Below, one piece after another: positions 51,494 through 61,595 of a stretch of DNA of 64,000 nt (position 1 is the first letter of the stretch; each line of letters starts with the position of its first letter). Source of the stretch: Candidatus Rokuibacteriota bacterium (GTDB lineage Bacteria; Methylomirabilota; Methylomirabilia; Rokubacteriales; CSP1-6); assembly GCA_003221515.1 (NCBI GenBank), contig QHSI01000015.1:4895-68894 (forward strand). Reading direction: 5' to 3'. The position numbers and the translations under genes were made by a program. A model generated the notes under the pieces. The model did no database searches. It worked only from the letters and a program-made list of their open reading frames with translations, and was not told the origin of the DNA.

Positions 51494-52123
51494 CTAGCGG
51501 AGACGATAGAGGGGCGCCAGCGCGCGGAAGGTCTCGAGCGCGGCGGAGCGGTACTGCGCCTCCGTCCAGCGCGCGGCCTCCTCGGCCTGCACGGCGCGTC
51601 CCACGATCAGCTGTCCGTCGCGCGTCCGCGTCAGCTCGTCGGCGAGCCCGGCCAGCGTCTCGGGCGTGAGCTCGGCGAGGGGCGCCGCCGGCTCCTCGTC
51701 GTGCTCGTTCTTGAACCACGCGAGGTGCTTGACGCGGCGGAGCACGGGCCCGATCTTCGGCGCGTTCTTCCGCCATGCCGCCGCCCAGCGCCGCTTGTCC
51801 GAGTGCTCGGGGCCGACCTCGAACAGGAAGCGCACGTAGCCACGCGACACGGACACCTTGAAGTGGCAATGCTGCTTGTAGCCCCGCGCGTCGGGGCCGA
51901 AGGCGACCCAGGTGTCGTCGGGCGCGTTCACGGTTCGGCGCGCGTGCTTCGCGACGTGCGCGAAGACGTCGCCGCCGACCGAGCGGCTGATCGAGGGCGC
52001 CAGGCTTCCGCCGAAGGCGTCGAGCTTCGGCCGGACGCGAGCGCGGATCTCGTCCATGCGCGGCTTGAACCCCTTCACGTCGAACACTTTGAAGTCACCT
52101 GCGACGAACGCTGCAGACGGCAT
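51494..52123 (-). CDS. DUF1054 (YktB-like) protein
   Basis: HVAKHARRTVNAPDDTWVAF..RGYK. Confidence 0.85.
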   Translation of the reverse strand: MPSAAFVAGDFKVFDVKGFKPRMDEIRARVRPKLDAFGGSLAPSISRSVGGDVFAHVAKHARRTVNAPDDTWVAFGPDARGYKQHCHFKVSVSRGYVRFLFEVGPEHSDKRRWAAAWRKNAPKIGPVLRRVKHLAWFKNEHDEEPAAPLAELTPETLAGLADELTRTRDGQLIVGRAVQAEEAARWTEAQYRSAALETFRALAPLYRLR

Positions 52124-52401
52124 CAGTACTCCCCCCCGGGCTCAGTGGTCGGCGGATCGGGCGAGCATGGAGTCGCTGGGGTTCATCGCGAAGCCGAGTG
52201 GGATGATCGACCGTCGGCGCGCGAACGTCAACATGTTTTGCGAAGACGGTGAGCTCACACAGCCCGTGTTCGTGCGACGCCTCCTTGACGCGCTCTACCG
52301 ACCGCGGGCGGAACGGCCGGGAGTTACTATAAGAGCTCGAATGGCCACTGTAAACCGAGACGCGCGGCGTCGATGACGGCGACGATACTCCGGGCCGCGG
52401 G

Positions 52402-53556
52402 TTGATCCGCGTCCTCCAGCTTCTCACCGCGACCGCGCTCGGCGGCGGGCCACGGCAGGTCTATCACCTCGTTCGCCGTCTTCCTCGCGACGAGTTCAGC
52501 GTGTGCGTCGGCGGCCCCGGGGATCGTCGCTATCGTGAAAACCTTGGCGTGCTCGGTGTCGCGCTCGCTCCGATCGACTTCGACACGCTCGGCGGCTCTC
52601 CGCTGACGCTCCGGCGCACGCTGCGGCTGATTCGCGAGTTCCGCGCTGACGTGGTTCACACGCACGGCAAGGGCGCGGGCTTCTACGGGCGGTTGGCCGC
52701 TCGTGTGGCGGGCGTACCGGCCGTCCATACGTTCCACGGCATCCACTACGAGGGTTACTCGCGCGTCGGCCGCCGCGCCTATCTCGCGCTCGAACGATCA
52801 TTGGCGCGTCTTACGCACACGGTGATCAACGTCTCGGCCAGCCAGCAGTCCGAGGCGTTCGCTCTCGGCGTGAGCCGGCCAGGGCGGAGCGCAGTCGTCG
52901 TGAACGGAATTGACGTCGATGAGCTGGACCAACGGACCGCGTGGGGTCGCGGGGCTCTCGGCTTTTTGCCAAACTCTTTGGTGCTTGGCTGTGTGGCCCG
53001 GTTCGATCCGGTAAAGCGCCACGAAGTCCTGCTCGGCGCGCTCAGGCGCCTGGCGCCGAGCCGTCCGCGCGTACGGCTCTTGCTGGTCGGCGACGGGCCT
53101 GAGCGTGACCGCCTCGAGAGAATGGCGTTGGAGCTCCCGATGCCAGAAAGCAGGATCACCTCTTTGGCCGACAGCCGGATCACGTCCTTCGGCGTGGCCG
53201 AATGGGACATCAGCCCTTACGGAGCGATGGACATCTATGTGACTGCGTCGGCCAAGGAAGGACTGCCGCTGGCGCCGCTGGAGGCGATGGCGTCCAGGCT
53301 GCCGGTCATCGCGAGTGACATCCCGGGCCACCGTGACGTTGTCGCTCACGGTGAGACCGGACTGCTCGTGCCTGCGGAGGACGACAAGGCACTGGCGGAG
53401 GCGATCGAATCCTTGCTGGACGACGGCCAGCGCCGCGCGCGGATGGGACGCGCCGGACGCGAGCGGGTGCTACGCGACTTCGCGATCGGGCCGATGGTCG
53501 AGAAGACGGCCGCGATCTATCGCGCGGCGATCATCACGCCGGGGCGTCGGCGCTGA
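52402..53556 (+). CDS. GT-B glycosyltransferase (family 4)
   Basis: GGGPR, VHTH, KRH, EGLPLAPLEAM. Confidence 0.9.
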   Translation: MIRVLQLLTATALGGGPRQVYHLVRRLPRDEFSVCVGGPGDRRYRENLGVLGVALAPIDFDTLGGSPLTLRRTLRLIREFRADVVHTHGKGAGFYGRLAARVAGVPAVHTFHGIHYEGYSRVGRRAYLALERSLARLTHTVINVSASQQSEAFALGVSRPGRSAVVVNGIDVDELDQRTAWGRGALGFLPNSLVLGCVARFDPVKRHEVLLGALRRLAPSRPRVRLLLVGDGPERDRLERMALELPMPESRITSLADSRITSFGVAEWDISPYGAMDIYVTASAKEGLPLAPLEAMASRLPVIASDIPGHRDVVAHGETGLLVPAEDDKALAEAIESLLDDGQRRARMGRAGRERVLRDFAIGPMVEKTAAIYRAAIITPGRRR

Positions 53557-53700
53557 AGCGGCGGAGGCAGTAGAGCAGGTCGCCCAGACAACGGTACAGA
53601 GCTTGCCAGTGCGTTCCTTGGTCGTCAGCGGCCACCGGCCGTCCCGACACGCCTCGCGCAACTCGCCGACGGTCAGGTTGGTGCAATAGCAGAGAAGCAT
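53534..53700 (-). pseudogene. BFD-like (2Fe-2S)-binding small protein with a 1-nt deletion
   Basis: MLLCYC..GKLCT. Adding one G at about 53593 gives CTGCLGDLLYCLRRF..*. Confidence 0.65.
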
Positions 53701-53829
53701 CGAATCCACGGGCTCCGGGAGTGGCGCGCTCACCTCGCCTCGATGCGCCACCCTACCGCGCGAATTTCCGGGGTGTCAAGCGCCGGCGGGACAGCCGGCC
53801 GGCCCGAGCTACGGTGATACAATCGGCGG

Positions 53830-54783
53830 GTGAACGACGTAGTTCTGGTCACCGGCGGCGCCGGCTTCATCGGCTCACACCTCGTGCAACGGCTCCTCAC
53901 CGACGGCGCCCGCGTTCGCGTCCTCGACAATTTCTCGACTGGCACGCGTGGGAATCTCGCCTTCGCCAAGCCCCTCCAGCGCCGGCTCACGGTCGTCCGA
54001 GGGGACATTCGCAGTCTGGCGACGGTGATCCGCGCCGCCCGCGGTACGCGGGTGATCTTCCACCAGGCCGCGATGCGCTCGGTGCCCCGCTCGGTGAAGG
54101 ATCCGCTGGGCGCGAACGCGAACAACGTGAACGGGACGCTCAACGTGCTCGAAGCGGCGCGGCGCTGCCGCGTTCCACGGGTGGTCTACGCGTCGTCGTC
54201 CTCGGTCTACGGCGCGCGACCGGAGCTTCCCAAGCGCGAGGATCAATCCCCGGCACCGGTCTCGCCGTACGCCGTGTCCAAGGCGGCCGGTGAGCAGTAC
54301 GCCGCCATCTGGACCCACCTCTACGGCGTGGAGACGGTCGGGCTGCGCTACTTCAACGTCTTCGGGCCGCGGCAGGATCCGAAATCCGAGTACGCGGCGG
54401 TGATCCCACGGTTCATCCTCTGGGGGCTGCGTGGCCGTCCGCTCGAGGTCCACGGCGACGGCAACCAGTCCCGTGACTTCACGTACATCGACAACGTCGT
54501 CGAGGCCAATCTCCTGGCGGCCAGGGCGCGCGACGCGGGGGGCGAAGCGTTCAACGTCGGGTGCGGCAGCCGCGTGAGCCTGCTCGAGATCGTCGCGCGG
54601 CTCGAGGCGATCCTCGGTCGGAGCCTCCAGCGGAAACACACCCCGGCGCGCTCCGGCGACGTGCCCCACACGCTGGCCGACGTCTCGAAGGCCAAGCGGC
54701 TTCTGGGCTACGAGCCGCTGGTGGATTTCGACGAAGGGTTCCGGCGCACCGTCGACTACTTCACGTCGTCGTTCAAGAGCTAG
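53830..54783 (+). CDS. NAD-dependent nucleotide-sugar epimerase/dehydratase (WbpP-like)
   Basis: TGGAGFIG, SSSSVYG, YAVSK, YFNVFGPRQ. Confidence 0.94.
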   Translation: MNDVVLVTGGAGFIGSHLVQRLLTDGARVRVLDNFSTGTRGNLAFAKPLQRRLTVVRGDIRSLATVIRAARGTRVIFHQAAMRSVPRSVKDPLGANANNVNGTLNVLEAARRCRVPRVVYASSSSVYGARPELPKREDQSPAPVSPYAVSKAAGEQYAAIWTHLYGVETVGLRYFNVFGPRQDPKSEYAAVIPRFILWGLRGRPLEVHGDGNQSRDFTYIDNVVEANLLAARARDAGGEAFNVGCGSRVSLLEIVARLEAILGRSLQRKHTPARSGDVPHTLADVSKAKRLLGYEPLVDFDEGFRRTVDYFTSSFKS

Positions 54784-54795
54784 GAGGGCCTCGAG

Positions 54796-56170
54796 ATGCG
54801 CCGCCTCGTCGGGTTGCTGCTCGCCGTGCTCGCTGCGGGCACGCTCGCATTTCCCGCCGCGGCGCCGGCGCAGAACCTCGTGGTGCAGGTGGCCACCGAG
54901 CCGCCGGGTCTGGACCTGACGGCGACGCCGGCGTCGGCGACCGCGGCGGTGGTCTTCTACAACGTGCAGGAGGCCCTGGTGAAGGTGGACCGCCACGGCA
55001 AGATCGTGCCGTGGCTGGCCGAGCGCTGGCACACCGCCGACAACAAGAACTACACGTTCTTCCTCAAGCACGGCGTGCGCTTCCACAACGGCCGCGAGCT
55101 GAAGGCCGCCGACGTGAAGTTCGCCATCGACCGGGCGATGAATCCCGAGACCAAGCACCCCTATCCCGGGTACTACGAGGCGATCGGCGACATCATCGTC
55201 AAGGACGACTACACGATCACCGTCACCCTCAAGGGCACCAACGCCAATTTCCTGCTCAACATGGCGCGCCAGGGTTCGGTCATGTACCCGCGCGAGGCTG
55301 TCGACACGCTGAAGAGCGAGCCGATCGGCACCGGGCCCTACAAGGTCGCCGAGTGGGTGCGGGGCGACCGCATCGTGCTCGTGAAGAACCCGGACTATCA
55401 CGTGAAGGGGCTGCCCAAGCTCGACCGGGTGACATACCGCTTCATCCCCGATCCGAACGCTGCGCTGGCCGCGCTCAAGTCCGGCGACATCGACGCCGCG
55501 ATGTTCGGCATCGGCCCCGAGCACGTGCCGGATCTGCAGAAGGACGGGCGGTTCCAGGTGATCATCGGCGAGACGACCAACGACGTGATCATGTCGATGA
55601 ACAACTCGCGCAAGCCGTACACCGACGTGCGGGTGCGGCGGGCCATCACCTACGGGGTCAACAAGCCCGAGGTGGTGAAGGGCGCGATGTTCGGTCTCGG
55701 CCGCGTGCTCGGCACCAACGTCGATCCGCTCAACCCGTACTTCGTCGACATGTCCGGCGCCATGCCCCACGACGCCGCCAGGGCCAAGAAGCTGCTGGCC
55801 GAGGCCGGCTACCCGAACGGGTTCGAGACCGTGCTGAAGGTCGCGCCGCAGTACTACTACACGGTGCGCACCGGCGAGGTGCTGGCCGACCAGCTCCAGA
55901 AGGTCGGCGTGAAGGTCAAGATCGAGCAGATCGAGTGGGGCCAGTGGCTCTCGGTTCCAGAAGCTCTTCAAGGACTCGGAAGTGACGGTCGACGACAAGG
56001 CGCGCCGCGAGCTGTACGTGAAGATGCAGAAGAAGCTCGTGGAGGACGCGCCGGTGGTGTGGCTCTACATCCACCCGCGGCTGGCCGTCACCAAGAAGGG
56101 TCTGCAGGGGCTCTGGAAGGATCTGCCGCTGCCGGCGTTCGATCTCTCCGAAGTCTCGTGGGCGAAATAG
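54796..56170 (+). pseudogene. family-5 ABC substrate-binding protein, broken near 55953
   Basis: GTGPY, DVRVRRAI. WGQWLS is joined out of frame to FQKLFKDSE..EVSWAK*. Confidence 0.85.
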
Positions 56171-56191
56171 CCGGGATCCTCTCCTAAAGAC

Positions 56192-57136
56192 GTGCGGGGG
56201 TACATCGCGAGGCGGGCCGCGGCCTTCGTGGTGACTCTTCTCGTCGTCTCACTGCTGGTGTTCGTGGTCGTGCGCGTGCTTCCGGGCGATCCCGCGCTGA
56301 TCATCATCGGCCCGGACGGCAGCCCCGAGGCGGCGGCGCGCCTGCGCGAGGCGATGGGGTTGAACCGTCCGATCGCCGTCCAGTACGCGGAGTGGCTCAC
56401 CGGCGCGCTGCGCGGCGATCTCGGGAAGTCGCTGCAGTACGACGTGCCGGTCGGGCGACTCATCGTGAGCCGCCTGCCGGTGACACTCCCGCTCGCGTTC
56501 ATGGCGGCGACCCTCATGGTGGTCACGGCGCTTCCGCTCGGTCTCTTCGCCGCCCGCCATCACCGTCGTGTCGGCGACTACCTCGCCATGGTCGTGTCGC
56601 AGATCGGCATCGCCGTCCCGGGATTCTGGGCCGGTCTGCTCCTCATCTTGTTGTTCTCCGTCCACCTGGGCTGGGTGCAGTCCGGCGGGTTCGCCGGCTG
56701 GTCGACTGGCCTCTGGCCGGGCATCCGATCGCTCCTGCTCCCGGCGGTGGCGCTCGGGCTCTTTCAGGCCGCGGTGCTCGTGCGCGCGACCCGGTCGTCG
56801 GTGCTGGACGTCCTGAGAGAGGACTACGTGCGCACCGCGCGTGCCAAGGGCGTCAGCGAGCTCTCGGCGCTCGCCAAGCACACGCTTCGCAACGCGCTGA
56901 TCCCGATCGTGACCGTGGCCGGCCTGCAGCTCGGCCAACTCGTGGCCGGCGCCATCATCCTCGAATCGGTGTTCGCGCTGCCGGGCCTGGGACGTCTGGC
57001 GCTCGGCGCCATCACCGCGCGTGACCTGCCGGTGGTCCAGGGCGTGACGCTCTTCGTCGCGTCGTCCATCGTGTTCATCAACTTCGCGGTCGATCTGCTG
57101 TACGTCGTGCTCGATCCTCGAATCCGCTATGACTAG
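56192..57136 (+). CDS. peptide ABC permease (DppB-like)
   Basis: PGDPA, GDLGKS, TARAKG, DPRIR. Confidence 0.93.
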   Translation: MRGYIARRAAAFVVTLLVVSLLVFVVVRVLPGDPALIIIGPDGSPEAAARLREAMGLNRPIAVQYAEWLTGALRGDLGKSLQYDVPVGRLIVSRLPVTLPLAFMAATLMVVTALPLGLFAARHHRRVGDYLAMVVSQIGIAVPGFWAGLLLILLFSVHLGWVQSGGFAGWSTGLWPGIRSLLLPAVALGLFQAAVLVRATRSSVLDVLREDYVRTARAKGVSELSALAKHTLRNALIPIVTVAGLQLGQLVAGAIILESVFALPGLGRLALGAITARDLPVVQGVTLFVASSIVFINFAVDLLYVVLDPRIRYD

Positions 57137-57258
57137 ATTTTTTCGGGGGCCCGTCGAGGCCCCGAAGACGTTAAGCGTGGTCGAGGGGCGCCACGGCTCC
57201 GCCGGGGCGCGCCCGAGCGTTGGGGAGTTTGGGGGGCCCGTCGAGGCCCCCCAATCAA
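57137..57258. repeat. REPIN-like element with two GGGGGCC-CGTCGA-GGCCCC hairpins
   Basis: Hairpins at 57142-57166 and 57229-57254 (second has a perfect 10-bp stem), between two co-operonic permeases. Confidence 0.75.
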
Positions 57259-57262
57259 GATA

Positions 57263-58081
57263 TTGAGACCGCGGCCGCTGAGGCACGTGACGTTTGCGAT
57301 GGGGGCGGCGATCACGGCCCTGCTGCTCGCGACCGCCGCGCTCAGCCTCGTCTATACGCCGCGCGACCCGCTGAAGATGTCGATCACCGGGCGCCTGCAG
57401 GGACCGTCCGGCCCGCATCCGTTCGGCACCGACCAATACGGGCGCGACGTGCTCTCGCGCGTGATGCGGGGCACCGTGACCTCCATCGCCGTCGGCGTGA
57501 TCGCGGTCGGGATCGGCGCGGCGCTGGGCATGTTGATCGGCATCCTCAGCGGCTACGCCGGCGGAGCGCTCGACGAAGGGTTCATGCGACTGGTCGACGC
57601 GATTCAGGGATTTCCCGCGATCCTCTCGGCGCTGCTGTTCGCCGCGGTGTTCACGCCCGGCATCGCGCTCAGCATGGTCGCGATCGGCATCGCCTTCGTG
57701 CCGGCCTTCGCGCGGCTGACGCGTGCCGGCTTCCTCGAGCTCCGCGAGCGCGAGTTCGTCGTCGCGGCCCGCGCGCTCGGCGCCCCCGACCGCCGTCTCA
57801 TCGCGCGGCACATCCTGCCGAACACGCTGCCGCCGCTGATCGTCCAGGCGACGACGAGCTTCCCCGTCGCCATCCTCGCCGAAGCGGGCCTCGCGTACCT
57901 CGGCCTCGGCACGCAGCCGCCGAATCCGTCCTGGGGGCTCATGCTCCGGGAGGCGCAGAACTTCTTGTCCATGAACCCATGGTTTGCGGTGTTTCCGGGA
58001 GGCGCGATCGCGCTGACGGTGCTGGGACTGAATCTCCTCGGCGACGGACTGCGCGACTTGCTCGACCCGAAGGCGGCGTGA
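57263..58081 (+). CDS. peptide ABC permease (DppC-like)
   Basis: FGTDQYGRD, EAGLAYLG. Confidence 0.92.
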   Translation: MRPRPLRHVTFAMGAAITALLLATAALSLVYTPRDPLKMSITGRLQGPSGPHPFGTDQYGRDVLSRVMRGTVTSIAVGVIAVGIGAALGMLIGILSGYAGGALDEGFMRLVDAIQGFPAILSALLFAAVFTPGIALSMVAIGIAFVPAFARLTRAGFLELREREFVVAARALGAPDRRLIARHILPNTLPPLIVQATTSFPVAILAEAGLAYLGLGTQPPNPSWGLMLREAQNFLSMNPWFAVFPGGAIALTVLGLNLLGDGLRDLLDPKAA

Positions 58082-58152
58082 GCACGAGCGCGAACGCAAA
58101 TGCACGAGCGCGGTCGCAGAATCGCCCGATGTTGAGCCGTCCGAGCTATAGA

Positions 58153-58182
58153 TTGACTAATCCGGAATTATATCGGTATCGT
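58153..58182 (+). promoter_or_regulatory. sigma70-like promoter
   Basis: TTGACT-18-TATCGT in an AT-rich island. Confidence 0.45.
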
Positions 58183-58257
58183 AACGGTTGATTTGGGCAG
58201 GCCCGCTGGCCGCGGCCAGCGAATTCAGCGTGATAGACCAGTGGAGAGAGCACGACC

Positions 58258-58686
58258 ATGAAGGTTTACAGTACCTGCTTCACGCTGTCGACCGAGGACC
58301 GCACCGAGATCTCGGACATCACCAAGCTGGTCCGGGACGCCGTCCAGCAGTTCGCGGTCACGACCGGTGTCGCGCTGGTGAACACGTTGCACACGACCTG
58401 CGCGCTGTTCGTCAATGAGTTTCAGAGTGCGCTCATCGACGACCTCAAGGCGCTCATCGATCGACTCGTGCCGGAGCGCGACGGCTACCGTCACGACGAT
58501 CCACGGGTGTCGGATTGCGAGCGCGGCAACGCGCACTCGCACCTCCGGGCGGCGCTGCTCGGCCGCAACATCGCGGTGGGCGTGAACAACGGTGAGCTGA
58601 CCCTCGGTCGGTTCCAGTCCGTCATCTTCGCGGAGCTCGACGGCCCGCGGAAGCGCGAGATCAGCATCCAGGTGATCGGGGAGTAG
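58258..58686 (+). CDS. YjbQ/UPF0047 family protein
   Basis: HTTCAL..NE, NAHSHL, LGRFQ..ELDGPR. Confidence 0.9.
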   Translation: MKVYSTCFTLSTEDRTEISDITKLVRDAVQQFAVTTGVALVNTLHTTCALFVNEFQSALIDDLKALIDRLVPERDGYRHDDPRVSDCERGNAHSHLRAALLGRNIAVGVNNGELTLGRFQSVIFAELDGPRKREISIQVIGE

Positions 58687-58834
58687 ACCCGCGGTCAGGA
58701 AGCGGGTGCGCACCAGACGCACAGATCGGCCCGCGCCCTGCGTTGCCGCCGCCACCACGCCGATGGACGAGGTCGTCATGGGCAACGCGGTGGGCGCCCT
58801 CGCCGTCAGGATCGTCGGCGCCGTAGGCACCGGT

Positions 58835-59010
58835 CGTGCGTAGCGGGGACCGCAGACGCTAAAGAGTCGTAGGGAAGCGGCAGGGATCCCATAGAGAGCG
58901 GCCAGTAACACGGCCTGCTCGCCCGTCCATTTCGCGAACGAGTACGGGGCGCCCCACCCAGGCCCGTCGCGTCGCTTCGAGGACCGCCACCGTCCCCCGA
59001 CGTTTAACGA
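58835..59010 (-). pseudogene. degenerate NAD-dependent epimerase fragment
   Basis: GTVAVLEATRRA, then PYSFAK..GEQ..LYGIPAASLRLFSVCGPR in shifted frames, paralleling 53830-54783. Confidence 0.5.
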
Positions 59011-59063
59011 GTTCCCTTGACCCTGGGCCAGGCTCCATGTTCACATGTTGAACAACGCGGCCC

Positions 59064-59693
59064 ATGGAAAGATCGACCGAGCGCGAGCTGGAGATCCTGA
59101 CGGCGATCGGCGAGGGGCGGCCCCTCACGCAGCGGGCCCTCGCCCAGCGCCTGGGCATCGCTCTCGGCCTGACCAATCTCTACCTCAAGCGCCTGGCCAA
59201 GAAGGGGTCCATCAAGATCACCGAGTTCCCGCGCAAGCCCGCGGCGCGCAAGCGGCTGCGCTACCTGCTCACGCCCCGGGGAATCAGCGAGAAGACGCGC
59301 CTCACCTACGAGCACATCGCCTACGCCCTCAACCTTTATCGACGGGCCCGCGAGACGCTCCGCGGGGAGCTCTCCCGTCTTCCCGAGAGCGGGATGAAGC
59401 GGATCGCGCTCTACGGCACCGACGAGGCCGCGGAGCTCGCCTACCTGACGCTGAAGGAGGCGGGTATCGAGCCCATCGCGGTGTTCGGCGCCGCGACCGG
59501 CGGGCAGTTCCTCGGCTTCACGGTGCACGCCCTCGCGGAGCTGGTCGCGGACGAATGCGACGCGGTGGTCGTCGCGACGTTCGATCGGCCCGAGGCGCGC
59601 GTCGCGGAGCTCGAGCAGGTCGGCGTCGAGCGCGACCGGATCCTGACGCTCCGACGCATCGAGCGCGGGCGGGGCGACGGCGCCTCCCCATGA
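59064..59693 (+). CDS. winged-helix (MarR-like, EPS-associated) transcriptional regulator
   Basis: TQRALAQRLGIALGLTNLYLKRL, YLLTPRG..EK. Confidence 0.88.
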   Translation: MERSTERELEILTAIGEGRPLTQRALAQRLGIALGLTNLYLKRLAKKGSIKITEFPRKPAARKRLRYLLTPRGISEKTRLTYEHIAYALNLYRRARETLRGELSRLPESGMKRIALYGTDEAAELAYLTLKEAGIEPIAVFGAATGGQFLGFTVHALAELVADECDAVVVATFDRPEARVAELEQVGVERDRILTLRRIERGRGDGASP

Positions 59694-61579
59694 AGGACCT
59701 CCGGGACTTCTCCCGTATCCTCTCGACGTACCTCCGGCCCCACTGGAAGGCTGTCTTGCTCCTGCTGGCCTCGAGCTACGTCGCGACGGCGCTGACCGGC
59801 CTCCTGCCTGTGGTCATGGCCCCGATTCTCGACCTGGCGCTCGGGTCGCCCACGCCGACCGGCGGGCCGGTCGGCTGGCGCGGGGTGAGCCTCGGCAACC
59901 TCGGCGCCACCGTGCTCCAGTGGCTCGGCCTCGGGGGCGACCTCGATCGGTTCACGGCGATCGCCGTGCTGTGCGGTGTCTTCGTGGCGGTGGGGCTCCT
60001 CAAGGGCGCGTTCGACTTCTGGAACTACATGCTGGCGCTCTGGATTCGCGTGCGGGCCGGCGCGGCCATGCAGCTCGACCTCTTCCGCCATCTGTTCGGC
60101 CTCTCGCTGTCGTTCTTCAATCGGCAGCGCACCGGCGAGCTCGTCTCCCGGCTGGACGCCGACACCCGGGCGACCAGCGCCGGGCTGGAGACCGTGACGT
60201 GCACGCTGCTCTCGGCGCCCGTGCTGATCGCGTTCTACGGCTACCTGATGGTCCGGACGAGCCCCACGCTGGTCGTCGCCGCGCTCGCGGCCGCGGCGCT
60301 CCATCTCGGGGTCACGCGCGGGATCCGCGGGCCGATCCGGCGATTCGCCACCGACCAGTTCACCGTGCTGGCCGATCTGGTGGCGCGGCTGCAGGAGGCG
60401 ATCCTCTCGGTCCGGGTCGTCAAGTCGTTCGCCGCCGAGCGGTTCGAGGCGGCCCGCTTGACGTCGACGCTGCGGAACGTGCTGCGCGTCAACGTGAAGT
60501 TCGGCCTGTACAAGCACGCCGAGGAGCCGGTGCGGATCGCGATTGGCTACATCGTCGAGGCCGGGATCGTGCTGCTGGCCGCGCGCGAGCTGCTGGCGGG
60601 TCGCCTCACCGTCGCGACGTTCTTCCTGTTCCTGTACGTCGGCCGCGCGGTGGTGGCCCAGATGAGCGCGCTGGCGGGCGCCTGCACGCAGATCCAGGCC
60701 ACGCTGGCGGCCTCCACGCGGATCGCCGGGCTCTTCGCCATCGAGCCCGAGGTGAAGGACGGGCCCGAGACCATCACGGACTTCCGCGAGGGGATCGTCG
60801 TCCGCGACGTGTCGTTCGACTACGGCGGCGAGCGGGTGCTGGAGGGCACCAGCTTCGAGGTCCGCAAGGGCGAGATCGTCGCGCTGGTCGGTCCGAGCGG
60901 CGTAGGCAAGTCGACGCTCGCCGATTTGATCCTGCGCCTGTACGACCCGGTCGCCGGCACGATCACGATCGACGGCCACGACCTGCGCGCCCTGCGCCAG
61001 GAGCCGTACCGGCGGCTCTTCGGCGTCGTGCCGCAGGAGCCGCTCCTGTTCAACGCGAGCATCCGGGAGAACATCGCGTACGGCCGCGGGGATCTCAGCG
61101 AGGCCGACATCGTCCGCGCCGCGCAGATCGCCAACGCCCACGGCTTCATCGGCGAGTTCACCGACGGCTACGACACGATGGTGGGCGACCGCGGCGTCCG
61201 GCTCTCGGGCGGCCAGCGACAGCGCGTGGCGCTCGCGCGGGCGATCGTGGGCCGTCCGCCGATCTTGCTGTTGGACGAGGCGACCAGCTCGCTCGACAGC
61301 GAGTCCGAGCGGCTCGTGCAGCAGGCGATCGAGCGCGTCATCCAGGCCGCCACGTCGATCGTCATCGCCCACCGGCTATCGACCGTGCTGCACGCGGACA
61401 AGATCGTGGTGATGAATCGTGGCCGCGTCGAGGCGGTCGGCCGCCACGCGGATCTCATGACCGCGAGCGAGACCTACAGCCGCCTGTACCGCTATCAATT
61501 CAATCCTCTTGATAACTGCGCCTCGGTCGGCGGGGCCCCAGCCCCGGGACGACCTGCGGCGCACACTACACCGAGCTGA
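59690..61579 (+). CDS. MsbA-like ABC exporter (TMD+NBD)
   Basis: GPSGVGKST, LSGGQRQR, LDEATSSLD, AHRLST. Confidence 0.93.
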   Translation: MKDLRDFSRILSTYLRPHWKAVLLLLASSYVATALTGLLPVVMAPILDLALGSPTPTGGPVGWRGVSLGNLGATVLQWLGLGGDLDRFTAIAVLCGVFVAVGLLKGAFDFWNYMLALWIRVRAGAAMQLDLFRHLFGLSLSFFNRQRTGELVSRLDADTRATSAGLETVTCTLLSAPVLIAFYGYLMVRTSPTLVVAALAAAALHLGVTRGIRGPIRRFATDQFTVLADLVARLQEAILSVRVVKSFAAERFEAARLTSTLRNVLRVNVKFGLYKHAEEPVRIAIGYIVEAGIVLLAARELLAGRLTVATFFLFLYVGRAVVAQMSALAGACTQIQATLAASTRIAGLFAIEPEVKDGPETITDFREGIVVRDVSFDYGGERVLEGTSFEVRKGEIVALVGPSGVGKSTLADLILRLYDPVAGTITIDGHDLRALRQEPYRRLFGVVPQEPLLFNASIRENIAYGRGDLSEADIVRAAQIANAHGFIGEFTDGYDTMVGDRGVRLSGGQRQRVALARAIVGRPPILLLDEATSSLDSESERLVQQAIERVIQAATSIVIAHRLSTVLHADKIVVMNRGRVEAVGRHADLMTASETYSRLYRYQFNPLDNCASVGGAPAPGRPAAHTTPS

Positions 61580-61595
61580 GCAAGGAGCTCACGGC

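Noticed and set aside
52124-52400. Possible small gene or ncRNA between DUF1054 and the glycosyltransferase
   Set aside because: Short ORFs exist on both strands but none has a clear SD, motif or recognisable RNA structure.
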